The position numbers were made by a program, and so were the translations under genes. The notes under the pieces were generated by a model. It was not told where the DNA came from, made no database searches, and worked only from the letters and a program-made list of their open reading frames with translations. A stretch of DNA of 64,000 bases, taken from NCBI GenBank assembly GCA_963806225.1, contig CAWDXG010000004.1:4032001-4096000 (forward strand), in the 5' to 3' direction. The stretch comes from an uncultured delta proteobacterium (lineage in GTDB: Bacteria; Myxococcota_A; Polyangia; Polyangiales; Polyangiaceae). Shown piece after piece: positions 9,797 to 18,589 of this stretch (its first letter is position 1; the number at the start of each line of letters is the position of its first letter).

Positions 9797-9985
9797 TCAG
9801 GCCTTCTTCGCGCGGGTCTTCCGCTTCGCGGCCTTCTTGGCGCGCTTGGCGGTCTTCTTGCGCTTCGGGGCCTTCTTGGCGGCCTTCTTCGTGCGGCGCT
9901 TGGCCGTACGCTTCTTGGCAACCTTGGGGGCCTTCTTGGCAGCGGGCTTCCGGGCGGTCTTGGACTTGGTCTTCTTTGCGGCCAT
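9797..9985 (-). CDS. Small histone-H1-like Lys/Ala-rich basic protein (putative nucleoid-associated protein)
   Basis: 62 aa, about half Lys/Arg, no acidic residues, AAKKAPK repeats. Strong SD AGGAGG about 10 nt upstream. Confidence 0.85.
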   Translation of the reverse strand: MAAKKTKSKTARKPAAKKAPKVAKKRTAKRRTKKAAKKAPKRKKTAKRAKKAAKRKTRAKKA

Positions 9986-10051
9986 TTTCTATTTGCCTCC
10001 TACGAGCATGGGAATCGGACAATGAAGCCCATCCCGAGGTATGTTGCACGA

Positions 10052-10081
10052 CGTATATTGCCACCTATTGTGATGTGTCAA
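10052..10081 (-). promoter_or_regulatory. Putative sigma70 promoter of the histone-like gene
   Basis: Minus strand has an AT-rich tract, then TTGACA (10081-10076), N18 and TATACG. Confidence 0.45.
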
Positions 10082-10324
10082 CGAAAAAAGTTCACATGAC
10101 TCTTGCGGGAAGACGCGGTGGAGCCATTGGAGGGCCGCAACGGGTGCGGACGGGGCACCTGTCTAGTGGTTCCGGGAGCCGGCCCGATCGAGTCACTCCG
10201 CCGACCGGGAGCCGGCCGGGCGTTCGGCGAAAAGTGGCGCGACCTCGGACACTTGACGCGCACCCCGCGGTCGGGATAGGCGAACCACCGCTCCCTCTCG
10301 GGACCCACGATCGGACAGCACAAG

Positions 10325-11152
10325 ATGCGTAGTTACGGGCTCACCAAGACCGGCCGGGCACTCATCGCCGTGGCGGTATCTTTTTTTGTGATCGGCTGCG
10401 GTTACTCGCAGGAGGAATGGGACCAGAAGGTCCGCGAGAACGAAAGCCTCCGGAACCAACTCGCGGCACAACGGCAAGCGCACAAGAAGTGCGAGGGTGA
10501 CTACGCCGACGCGTTGCACTCGATCGAGGATCTGAAGCGCAAGCTCAAGGAGCGCGGCGTCAACCTCGACAACCTGAGCGCCAGTCTCGAGCAGCAGAAG
10601 AAGGCGCTCGAAGAGTACAAGCGCCGCGCAGAGCAGCTCGACCAGATCCGCAAGCGCTTCGAGCTCCTGCGCGACAAGCTGCAGCAGCTCACCAAGCTCG
10701 GCTTGAAGGTCGAGGTGCGCGACAACCGCATGTTGATCCAGTTGCCGGGTGACGTGCTCTTCGACTCCGGATCGATTCGGCTGAAGAAGAACGGCAAGGA
10801 CATCCTCGGCAAGATCGCCGACGTGATCCGCAACGACCCGGACCTCGCGAAGCGCGAGTTCCAGGTCGCGGGGCATACCGACAACAAGCCGCTCAAGGGC
10901 GGGCCCTACAAGGACAACTGGGGCCTGTCGGCGATGCGCGCGCGTTCGGTGCTGACCTACCTGACTGGACCGACGGACGCGGGTGGCGGAGGACTCGACC
11001 CCAAGAACTGGAGCGCCGCCGGCTATGCCGACACCGATCCGGTTGCGAGCAACGACACGCCGGAAGGACGCCAGAAGAACCGCCGCGTCGAGCTCGTCGT
11101 CCAGCCAAACGTCGAGGAAATGCTCAACTTGAACAGCCTCGCTGGCAAGTGA
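10325..11152 (+). CDS. OmpA/MotB-family lipoprotein with coiled coil
   Basis: Lipobox VIGC, coiled coil, DVLFDSGS, VAGHTDN, NWGLSAMRA, NRRVELV. Confidence 0.92.
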   Translation: MRSYGLTKTGRALIAVAVSFFVIGCGYSQEEWDQKVRENESLRNQLAAQRQAHKKCEGDYADALHSIEDLKRKLKERGVNLDNLSASLEQQKKALEEYKRRAEQLDQIRKRFELLRDKLQQLTKLGLKVEVRDNRMLIQLPGDVLFDSGSIRLKKNGKDILGKIADVIRNDPDLAKREFQVAGHTDNKPLKGGPYKDNWGLSAMRARSVLTYLTGPTDAGGGGLDPKNWSAAGYADTDPVASNDTPEGRQKNRRVELVVQPNVEEMLNLNSLAGK

Positions 11153-11209
11153 GGCCGTGAGCTTCCGGCCGTCGGCTGAGTGCGCGGCGGACCGGGGGCT
11201 CTCGAGAAC

Positions 11210-12133
11210 ATGACGCGCGTCGCCGCCATCGACATCGGCACGAACTCGGTTCTGCTGGTCGTGGCAGAGCAGACCGCCGACGGCGTGCGTCCGCTCATCG
11301 AACGCGCCACCATCACGCGACTCGGCCAGGGCGTGGACCGCACCCGCCAGCTGGCGCCGGAAGCGCGCCAGCGCACGCTCGACTGCCTGTCGCACTACGC
11401 CGCGGACATCGCGCGCAGCGGCGTCGATCGGTTCAACGTCGTCGGCACCAGCGCGATGCGCGACGCGTCTGGCGGCGAACAGTTCGTCCGCGACGCCGCG
11501 CGCATCCTGGGACGCGCACCGCGCGTCATCGCGGGCAGCGAGGAAGCGCGACTGACCTTCATCGGCTCGCTGTCGGGGCTGGACGTCGACGGCGACGTGA
11601 TCGTCTTCGACGTCGGCGGCGGCAGCACGGAGATCATCGTCGGCAACGCAGCGCTCGGCTCGCTGCCGCACGTCGAGCGGGAACGCAGTCTCGACATCGG
11701 TAGCGTCCGGCTCTTCGAGCGTTACGTCACGAGCGATCCACCCGCAGAGGCCGAGCTCGAGCAAGCGCGCGCCGACGTCGTCGGCGCGCTGTCCGACGCT
11801 CCCCGACCTGTAGCCGGCGCCCGGCTCATCGGTGTCGCCGGAACCGTGACGACGCTGGCCGCGATCGAGCAGAAGCTCGACGACTACGACGCGGGGCTGG
11901 TGCACGGCGCGGCGCTGTCCCGCTCCAGCGTCGACGCGCTCGCATCGCGCCTCGCCTCGCAGCCGCTCGCCTCGCGGAAAATGCTGCCCGGGCTGCAACC
12001 GGAGCGTGCCGACGTGATCGTGACGGGAGCGCTGATCGTCGGCGAGGTGATGCGCTGGGCGTCGGCCGCCGTGCTCACCGTCTCGGATCGCGGAGTGCGC
12101 TGGGGCCTCGTCCAGCAGCTGTTCGGCGCCTGA
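11210..12133 (+). CDS. ppx: Ppx/GppA-family phosphatase (single-domain)
   Basis: AAIDIGTNS, TSAMRDA, EEARLTF, DVGGGSTE, RADVIVTG. Confidence 0.93.
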   Translation: MTRVAAIDIGTNSVLLVVAEQTADGVRPLIERATITRLGQGVDRTRQLAPEARQRTLDCLSHYAADIARSGVDRFNVVGTSAMRDASGGEQFVRDAARILGRAPRVIAGSEEARLTFIGSLSGLDVDGDVIVFDVGGGSTEIIVGNAALGSLPHVERERSLDIGSVRLFERYVTSDPPAEAELEQARADVVGALSDAPRPVAGARLIGVAGTVTTLAAIEQKLDDYDAGLVHGAALSRSSVDALASRLASQPLASRKMLPGLQPERADVIVTGALIVGEVMRWASAAVLTVSDRGVRWGLVQQLFGA

Positions 12134-12222
12134 TCCACGCCGCAGCGGGGGGCTCCGGGGCGCGTCGCGAGCGGCGCACGAGCGCTGTTCGTCTGCAATT
12201 CCGGACGCTCGGCCAGTTTTAT

Positions 12223-12251
12223 TTGACCGCCGCGTAAGGTTCTGATATCTT
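12223..12251 (+). promoter_or_regulatory. Putative sigma70 promoter P1 upstream of cdnL
   Basis: TTGACC-N17-TATCTT with an AT-rich upstream segment. Confidence 0.55.
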
Positions 12252-12360
12252 TTAGCTTGGTTGATGAGTGCGCGGGCGCAGCGGCGCCCTTCCTGATGGA
12301 TTCTGGGCATGCGAGAGAGCACAGCGGCCGCGCACCGGGGAGGACACAAAAACAGTTTTG

Positions 12361-12389
12361 TTGACAGTTCGAGACGCGCTGACTAGAGT
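12361..12389 (+). promoter_or_regulatory. Putative sigma70 promoter P2 upstream of cdnL
   Basis: TTGACA-N17-TAGAGT preceded by an A/T tract (AAAAACAGTTTTG). Confidence 0.7.
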
Positions 12390-12646
12390 GCCGCGCCTGG
12401 CGACTCATATCCTGAGATCGGCTCCCAGCGCCGCTTCCCGGGGGTGTCGCAGACCGCGGCCAGCGCCGTCTGTTGCGCGGCAGGGCGCCGCATCTCGGAA
12501 TGAACGACTTGTCCGGCACGTTGTTGTTGCTGCGCTCGCAGCGCCATCTGGCCGGTTTTCGAGCTTAACCCGTTTACAAGGTGCCGGTTCGTCGTGGCGC
12601 TCGTGAAGCGCCGACCGGAACACCGCGGTCCCATAAAGGAGACGTC

Positions 12647-13153
12647 ATGCAGGCAAGCCAGGAAATCGAGTTCAAGGTCGGCGACAAGGCCGTATATCCC
12701 GCACAGGGAGTGGCCGAGGTGATCAGCATCGATGAGAAGGACATCGCCGGCAACCGACAGCGCTTCTACGTGCTGCGCATCCTGGATACCGACCGCAAGA
12801 TCATGGTCCCTGTTTCCAACGCGAACGCGGTTGGCCTCCGGCAGGTGATCAGCGAGCAGGAGATCCGCGAGATCTTCGACATTCTCAAGGAGCGTACGAT
12901 CGGTTTCGACACGCAGACATGGAATCGCCGGTATCGCGGCTTCATGGACAAGATCAAGACCGGTTCGATCTACGACGTGGCCGAGGTGCTGCGCGATCTG
13001 TATCGCCTCAAGGCGAACAAGCAGCTCTCGTTCGGCGAGCGCCGCATGCTCGACACCGCGCGTTCGCTAATCGTCAAGGAGATCGCGATCGCACGCGAGC
13101 AGACTGAAGAACACGTGAAGAACGAGATCGAAGCGATCTTCTTCAGCAACTAG
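12647..13153 (+). CDS. carD: CarD/CdnL-family RNA polymerase-binding transcription factor
   Basis: FKVGDKAVYPAQGV, WNRRYR...KIKTGS..DVAEVLRDL, LSFGERRML. SD AAGGAG. No HMGA-type C-terminal extension, so it is CdnL-type. Confidence 0.95.
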   Translation: MQASQEIEFKVGDKAVYPAQGVAEVISIDEKDIAGNRQRFYVLRILDTDRKIMVPVSNANAVGLRQVISEQEIREIFDILKERTIGFDTQTWNRRYRGFMDKIKTGSIYDVAEVLRDLYRLKANKQLSFGERRMLDTARSLIVKEIAIAREQTEEHVKNEIEAIFFSN

Positions 13154-13187
13154 CCGCGCTCGCGCGACAGCGCGCGACCCGGAAGGC

Positions 13188-13226
13188 AAACGGCGCAGGC
13201 CCACATAGCCTGCGCCGTTTTTCTTT
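13188..13226 (+). terminator. Intrinsic terminator after cdnL
   Basis: AAACGGCGCAGGC-ccacata-GCCTGCGCCGTTT followed by TTCTTT. Confidence 0.85.
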
Positions 13227-13241
13227 GTGTGCGCCGCGCGA

Positions 13242-13748
13242 CTACTTCGAGTCTTCCATGGTGTCGCGCTTCTCGATGGGCGGGAGTGGCGGGAGCTCGA
13301 GCACGACGCGCCAGCGGCCGTCTTCCTTCACACACTTGATGTCAGCGCGCTGCGCGTCCGGCTCCTCGCCGGTCACGGTCACGACCGCCCAGTCGCCATC
13401 GATGCGCATCGTCTCGTGACGTGGCTTGAAGCGCAGCGAGAAGCGCGACGGCGCGATCATCTCTTCGGGTGCCACCTTGCGACCGGCCACCGCGCTGGCG
13501 CGTTTGGCGCGCTCGGCCAGGTTCTTCTGCGCCTCGGACCAGAGCAGGTCGTACGCGGCGCGCGCCGCGTGGGGATCTCCGTGAACGCGCTTCATGCGCT
13601 CGAGGAATTCCTTCACCACCGTGTCCGGCTGTGCATCCACCGGCTCCGACTCGCAGCCCGCCACGCACACGACTACGCCCGCGACGGCGAGCGGAACCGC
13701 GACGCGCAGCACCAGGGGCAGCGCCAGCCGATGGATACGGAACACCAC
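13242..13748 (-). CDS. Hypothetical lipoprotein (NTF2/DUF4878-like fold possible)
   Basis: 3' part of ORF 13242..14900. Signal peptide with VAGC lipobox, then [18 protein letters not shown]. Start approximate. Confidence 0.7.
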   Translation of the reverse strand: MVFRIHRLALPLVLRVAVPLAVAGVVVCVAGCESEPVDAQPDTVVKEFLERMKRVHGDPHAARAAYDLLWSEAQKNLAERAKRASAVAGRKVAPEEMIAPSRFSLRFKPRHETMRIDGDWAVVTVTGEEPDAQRADIKCVKEDGRWRVVLELPPLPPIEKRDTMEDSK

Positions 13749-13838
13749 GTCGGCACTGTGACTAGCCCCGCGCCGGGAGCCGGGCAAGGCCCGCGAATTT
13801 GGCCCTCCTGTTTGCCCCCCAGCTACGATTTCATCTGA

Positions 13839-14873
13839 ATGAAAGCGCCGGCCTCGTCGATCCGACTCCACTGGACTGGCCGCTCCGGGCCAAACCCCGG
13901 GCCGGCGGGCGATCTCAGGCTCCACCGCCACGGCCATCCATCGTGCATGCTGCTGCACGGCGACAACCTCCTGGCGATGCGGGCGCTGGTAGAACGCGGC
14001 GCGCGGTTCACCTTCGCCTATCTCGATCCGCCCTTTTTCACGGGCCGCCAACACACGCGGGTGAAGCGCGGGCGCGATCGCGAGGGTCGCATCGTGCGCG
14101 AGCTCCGCCCCGCGTTCGACGACCGCTGGGAGAACCTCGAGGAGTATCTCTCGGCGCTGCACGACCGCGTGGTGGCCGCGCGCGAGCTGCTCACTCCCGA
14201 CGGCTGCCTGGTACTGCACATCGATCCGAAGACCAGCCACTACGCCAAGGTGCTGTGCGACGAGGTGTTCGGCGCGCGCGCGTTCGCCAGCGAGATCGTC
14301 TGGCGGTACCGGCGCTGGCCGTCGCGCACGCCGAACTTCCAGCGCGTGCACGACGTGCTCTTGCGCTACGTGCGCGACCCCGACGTAAAGCCGCGCTTCC
14401 ACCAGCTCTACGAGCCCCTGGCGCCGTCCACACTCGCCACCTGGGGAGACAGGAAGCAACGCGCCGTCGTGGAAGACGGTCGTCGCTCGCGCTCCAGCCG
14501 CACCGAGGAGGCGACTCCGGGCACTCCGATGGGCGATGTCTGGGACATCGGCATCGTCGCCCCCGTCGCGCGCGAGCGCACCGGCTACCCTACCCAGAAG
14601 CCCGAAGCGCTGCTGACGCGCCTGATCGAGGCGTGCACGCAGCCCGGCGATCTCGTGCTCGATCCGTACGCCGGCAGCGGTACCACGCTGTCCGTGTGCA
14701 CGAAGCTCGGACGCCGCGTGGTCGGCATCGACGAGAGCCCGGAAGCCTCGCGCATCACGCGCAAGCGTCTGCGCGCCCAGGGCGTGCGTCCGCTGGAAGA
14801 ACGCGTCGTCGAAGCAGACGCGAAGAGCGGCGTGCATGCCAGCGCGCCGCGGGCGCGGCGCGCCGCGGGCTAG
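13839..14873 (+). CDS. Orphan site-specific DNA methyltransferase (N4/N6, beta class)
   Basis: GDNL, YLDPPF (motif IV), [10 protein letters not shown] and [10 protein letters not shown] (motif I) in beta order. Confidence 0.92.
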   Translation: MKAPASSIRLHWTGRSGPNPGPAGDLRLHRHGHPSCMLLHGDNLLAMRALVERGARFTFAYLDPPFFTGRQHTRVKRGRDREGRIVRELRPAFDDRWENLEEYLSALHDRVVAARELLTPDGCLVLHIDPKTSHYAKVLCDEVFGARAFASEIVWRYRRWPSRTPNFQRVHDVLLRYVRDPDVKPRFHQLYEPLAPSTLATWGDRKQRAVVEDGRRSRSSRTEEATPGTPMGDVWDIGIVAPVARERTGYPTQKPEALLTRLIEACTQPGDLVLDPYAGSGTTLSVCTKLGRRVVGIDESPEASRITRKRLRAQGVRPLEERVVEADAKSGVHASAPRARRAAG

Positions 14874-14912
14874 CGCGTTGCGGGCCGGTCGGCGTGACAC
14901 TACCCTGCTGTC

Positions 14913-15374
14913 GTGCCGCGCAAGCCGTCACGCGCAGAAGCCCCGACGAACCGTCGCGCCAGCCCGGAGGCGATCGCGAAGCGCCGCGCCGCGCGCGCCT
15001 TCAATGATCTACTCGACCCGTCCGGATCGGGGCGGCTCGACGGCCGCACCGAGAAGCGGCGCCGGCGCCTCCTCTCCGAGCTTGAAGCGGGGCGGCGACG
15101 CGGCTCGAAGCGCGAGCTGAAGCCCGTCGAGCTCCTGACGCGCATCGACGAGCTGCTCGGCCTCGGCGAGTCGCCCGCCACGCTGCGCAAGGTGCTCAAG
15201 CCGCGCCAGTTTCCCGCCGAACCGGGTGCGCTGGTGGGCGTGCTCAAGCGCCTGCACGAGGCGTACGGGTTCCGCCCCGAGGCCTATCGGTTTCTGGGTC
15301 TGGACGACGCCGTGCTCCGTTCCGCGGGCGTGCTGCCGCCGAGCGGGCGAAACCGGCGGCAGAGCGCCGACTGA
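14913..15374 (+). CDS. Hypothetical basic protein
   Basis: 153-aa ORF with biased codons. TACCCT lies 6 nt before the GTG. Confidence 0.65.
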   Translation: MPRKPSRAEAPTNRRASPEAIAKRRAARAFNDLLDPSGSGRLDGRTEKRRRRLLSELEAGRRRGSKRELKPVELLTRIDELLGLGESPATLRKVLKPRQFPAEPGALVGVLKRLHEAYGFRPEAYRFLGLDDAVLRSAGVLPPSGRNRRQSAD

Positions 15375-15421
15375 TCCGGCGCTATTTGCGAATCCCGCTC
15401 GTTGATCTAGAACGCCGGGCA

Positions 15422-16423
15422 ATGCGTCCGGGTCGAATCGCGTTGATCGCAGCGCTGCTTGCCGCCGCGCTGCTCGTTCCGCCGCGCTTGGCGGTCGCCG
15501 AAAGCGGCGACGCCGTGATCGCGACGATTGGCAACGCGAAGTTGACCGTCGCGGATGTGCAACGCCGGCTGAGACGCGTGCCGACGTTCCAGCTCAAGAC
15601 CTACGGCAAGACGCCCCGCGAGATCCGGGAGAACTTCGTCAAGAAGGTGATGATCCCGGAGGTGCTCTACGCCCAGGAGGCGCGGCGCCGCAAGCTCGAC
15701 GACAAGCCGAAAGTGGCGACCCGCATCCGCGGTGTGCTGCGCTCGGCGATGATCAAGGCGCTCGAGGTGGAGGTCCAGAAGAGCGACCCGATCGCCGACG
15801 AGCAGATCCGCATCTACTACCGGGCACACAAGGCGGAGTTCAACACGCCCCGGCGCATCCGCATCTGGCGCATCCTGGTGGCGGACAAGGCGGCCGCCGA
15901 GAAGATCATCCAGCAGGTCCAGGGAACGGAAGGCCCCCAGCTCTGGAGCAAGATCGCGCGCTTCGAGTCAGTGGACAAAGCCACCTCCATGAGGAACGGC
16001 AATCTCGGCTTCGTGCGCCCCGATGGCCGCACCGGAACGCCACGCGTACGGGTCGATCCGGCGCTGTTCGCGGCTGCCGACAAGGTGAAGGACGGGCAGC
16101 TCGTCCCCGAACCGGTCGCCGAAGGCAAGCAGTGGGCAGTGGTGTGGCGGCGCGGCAGCATGCCCGCCGTGCAGCGCTCCCTGGAGGACGAATCCTCGTC
16201 GATCCGTCACGTGCTGTGGCGGAAGCGGATGGAAGCGGCGACCAGCGGGCTCTTGGCCAAGCTCGAGAAGGAACACGTCAGCGAGCGGAACGACAAGCTG
16301 CTCCAGTACGTGGACGTGAGCGACGTGGGGGACGTGGGCACGCGCCAGCGGCCCGGCCTGCTGCCGCGCCGCCACCCGCGCGGCAGCCCCGTCCCCAAGG
16401 CGTCGGAGCACGGGCTGCGCTAG
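15422..16423 (+). CDS. Periplasmic parvulin/PpiC-type peptidyl-prolyl isomerase (SurA/PrsA-like)
   Basis: Signal peptide, VIATIGNAKLT, RIRIWRILV, ARFESVD...NGNLGFV. Confidence 0.8.
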   Translation: MRPGRIALIAALLAAALLVPPRLAVAESGDAVIATIGNAKLTVADVQRRLRRVPTFQLKTYGKTPREIRENFVKKVMIPEVLYAQEARRRKLDDKPKVATRIRGVLRSAMIKALEVEVQKSDPIADEQIRIYYRAHKAEFNTPRRIRIWRILVADKAAAEKIIQQVQGTEGPQLWSKIARFESVDKATSMRNGNLGFVRPDGRTGTPRVRVDPALFAAADKVKDGQLVPEPVAEGKQWAVVWRRGSMPAVQRSLEDESSSIRHVLWRKRMEAATSGLLAKLEKEHVSERNDKLLQYVDVSDVGDVGTRQRPGLLPRRHPRGSPVPKASEHGLR

Positions 16424-16433
16424 CCCGCCTGCG

Positions 16434-16886
16434 CTACGGCACCTTCGGCAGCGGCCAGCCGAGCTCCTTGAACACGCCGCGCATGATGGCCTCTTCTTTC
16501 TGGGCCTTCTGCAGGTACACGAAGAACCGGGCCCGGTCCCCCTCCGCCGCGAACTTCGCCGCACGCTCGTAGTTCTCGAGCACCAGGAGCACGTGGGGAT
16601 GCGCCTGCCGGACTTCTTTCGGCACCTGCATCGTGCTCGCCGCTTCCAGCCGCGCGGAGGCCATCTCGTGCACAACGTGCGCGAGCTCGCGGTCGGACAA
16701 GCGCCTCTTCAGATAGTTCGTTTCGCGGTCCGCCTGCGAGATGAGCAGCGCGGCGCGATCCATGTACGTCCCGGCGAAGGCCGGCGCCGCAACCAGCAGG
16801 GCGCCCAGCGCAAGTGCGAGCGCGAGCAGCGCGCGGCGGCTGCCGCGCGCGATGAAAGGCGAACGTCGTCGATGCAGCATGTTCAC
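16434..16886 (-). CDS. Hypothetical secreted helical protein coupled to rnc
   Basis: Signal peptide ending APAFA. GTGA overlap with the rnc stop. Confidence 0.7.
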   Translation of the reverse strand: MNMLHRRRSPFIARGSRRALLALALALGALLVAAPAFAGTYMDRAALLISQADRETNYLKRRLSDRELAHVVHEMASARLEAASTMQVPKEVRQAHPHVLLVLENYERAAKFAAEGDRARFFVYLQKAQKEEAIMRGVFKELGWPLPKVP

Positions 16887-17617
16887 TCGTCCTTTTCGCC
16901 CGGCGCGTCCGGTGCCTCGTCTTCACGGCTGAGGCCCGGCGCGCGCTTCCAGCCTCCGCTGTCGAGAGCCGCGTGGGCCGCGGCGCGCTCGGCGCTGCGC
17001 TTCGAGCTGCCGCGACCCTGCGCCACGGCCTCGCCGCCAACGCACACCGCGACCTCGAACCAGCGATCGTGGGCCGGTCCGCCGCTGTCGACGACCCGGT
17101 ACGTTGGCGGCTCGCCGCCCAGCGCCTGCACGCGCTCCTGCAGCTCGCTCTTCGGGTCACGCGCGCCGTCGTCGCGTAGCCGCTCCAGCGCGCCGCCTAC
17201 GACCGTCCTGCACGCGCTGCGCGCCGTCTCCAGGCCGCCGTCGAGGTACGCCGCCGCGATCAGCGCTTCCACCGCGTCCGCGAGCACGTTCTTGCTGTCG
17301 CGCAGTCCCCCCGCTTCCGCCCCCCGACCCAGCAGGAGCGCAGCGGACAGGTCGATACTGCGCGCCCAGGCGGCGAGCGCGTCCGCGTTGACCAGGTCGG
17401 CCCGCATGCGCGTCAGGGTGCCCTCGTTGGCCCCCGGAAAGCGCTGGTAGAGCAGGTCGCTGGTGACGAAGCCAAGCACCGCGTCACCCAGGAACTCGAG
17501 GCGCTGGTTGTCCGCCGCCGAGCGCTGCTCGTTGGCGTAGCTGGGGTGCGTCAACGCCTGGACGAGGTGCGGCGCGTCGGGCGGAAGCCCGAACAGCTCG
17601 GCAATGGTCTCCGGCAT
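16883..17617 (-). CDS. rnc: Ribonuclease III
   Basis: ALTHPS, NQRLEFLGDAVL, ADAVEALIAA and dsRBD DPKSELQE..GPAH..GSSKRSAE. Confidence 0.97.
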   Translation of the reverse strand: MPETIAELFGLPPDAPHLVQALTHPSYANEQRSAADNQRLEFLGDAVLGFVTSDLLYQRFPGANEGTLTRMRADLVNADALAAWARSIDLSAALLLGRGAEAGGLRDSKNVLADAVEALIAAAYLDGGLETARSACRTVVGGALERLRDDGARDPKSELQERVQALGGEPPTYRVVDSGGPAHDRWFEVAVCVGGEAVAQGRGSSKRSAERAAAHAALDSGGWKRAPGLSREDEAPDAPGEKDE

Positions 17618-17857
17618 GGCAAGCCGGGCTAGGCTAGCGGACCCGGCGCGGAAATCACGCCGATCCTGCGATCAGTACCCCGCTTGTGTGTCATTTTGCC
17701 ACATAAGCGTAGCAAAATGCCACAACGGTCGGCCGGGGGAACCCGGAGCGGTTCGCTGCTGTCGGGTCCATACGATGGCCTGCAGACCCCTCGAGAGGAC
17801 GGCCGGCGACGCGGGAGGCCGACGGTGACCCCGCGCCTGGTGAGCTATGCTGGTTCG

Positions 17858-18526
17858 ATGGCGCGCCTGCTCGCATGCCCGTTCTGCCGCGAGCTGTACG
17901 CCGAGAACGAGACGCGGCGCTGCCCCGAGTGCGGCGTCAACCTGCAGCCGATGGACCAGCTGCCGCCGTCCCTGGAGCAGCTTCACCAGGAAGCGCTGGA
18001 AGGCGACATGACGCTTCCCGAGGACCGGCCGCTGCCCTGGACGTACCTGGCGCGGGGACGCGGCGCGCTGCTGGTGCTGGCGGTGCTCGGACTGATCGCG
18101 TTCTTCCTGCCCTGGGTTGTGATGCGCAAGCCCGAAGTCGCGACCTTCAGCGGCTTCGACCTGGCACGCGGTCGCGGCGGGTGGCTGTGGGGCGGCGCCG
18201 TCGCCTGGTTCGTGATGATCCCGCTCGTCGCAACGCGTCGGACGATCTCGCGCATGCGCGGGGTGCGCATCATCACTGTGCTCTTCGCTGCGATGACGCT
18301 GGGCGAGGTCGGCATGCTGATGTCGTTGCCGCCGTCATCCAGCCGTTTCGTGACGGTGGACTTCTCCTGGGGGTGGGGCCTGTACTTGAGTGGCATCATC
18401 GCGACGCTGGGCGTCATTGCCGCTGCGCGCTTCGGCGGAAAGCTGGACGATCTCCCCGCATTGCCTTGGGAAAAGTCCGAAGACACCGTCCACACGGACA
18501 CCAGCGCGGGGCACACGCTCCACTAG
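17858..18526 (+). CDS. Hypothetical membrane protein with N-terminal zinc ribbon
   Basis: CPFC..CPEC followed by 4 hydrophobic helices. TATGCT lies 6 nt before the ATG. Confidence 0.75.
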   Translation: MARLLACPFCRELYAENETRRCPECGVNLQPMDQLPPSLEQLHQEALEGDMTLPEDRPLPWTYLARGRGALLVLAVLGLIAFFLPWVVMRKPEVATFSGFDLARGRGGWLWGGAVAWFVMIPLVATRRTISRMRGVRIITVLFAAMTLGEVGMLMSLPPSSSRFVTVDFSWGWGLYLSGIIATLGVIAAARFGGKLDDLPALPWEKSEDTVHTDTSAGHTLH

Positions 18527-18589
18527 CCGGGCCGGCATGTCCCGGCGCCGGCTATCGCCGAAGACCGCGCAACGTGCTAGCGCTGGATC

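Noticed and set aside
9368..10099. Plus-strand ORFs across the hairpin region and histone-like gene
   Set aside because: Low-complexity translations without coding-like codon bias. The 3' part is simply antisense to the Lys-rich gene.
10325..11152. Flagellar stator motB
   Set aside because: It has a lipobox rather than the MotB TM-Asp helix, and there are no motA or flagellar genes in the window.
12260..12320. Hammerhead ribozyme (TGATGAG and CTGATGGA motifs)
   Set aside because: No GAAA core segment or three-helix junction could be assembled.
3784..14873. HNH nuclease plus DNA methyltransferase as a restriction-modification pair
   Set aside because: They are about 9.4 kb apart and separated by housekeeping genes. 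The HNH looks like the widespread stand-alone type and has no RuvC motifs suggesting IscB or Cas9.
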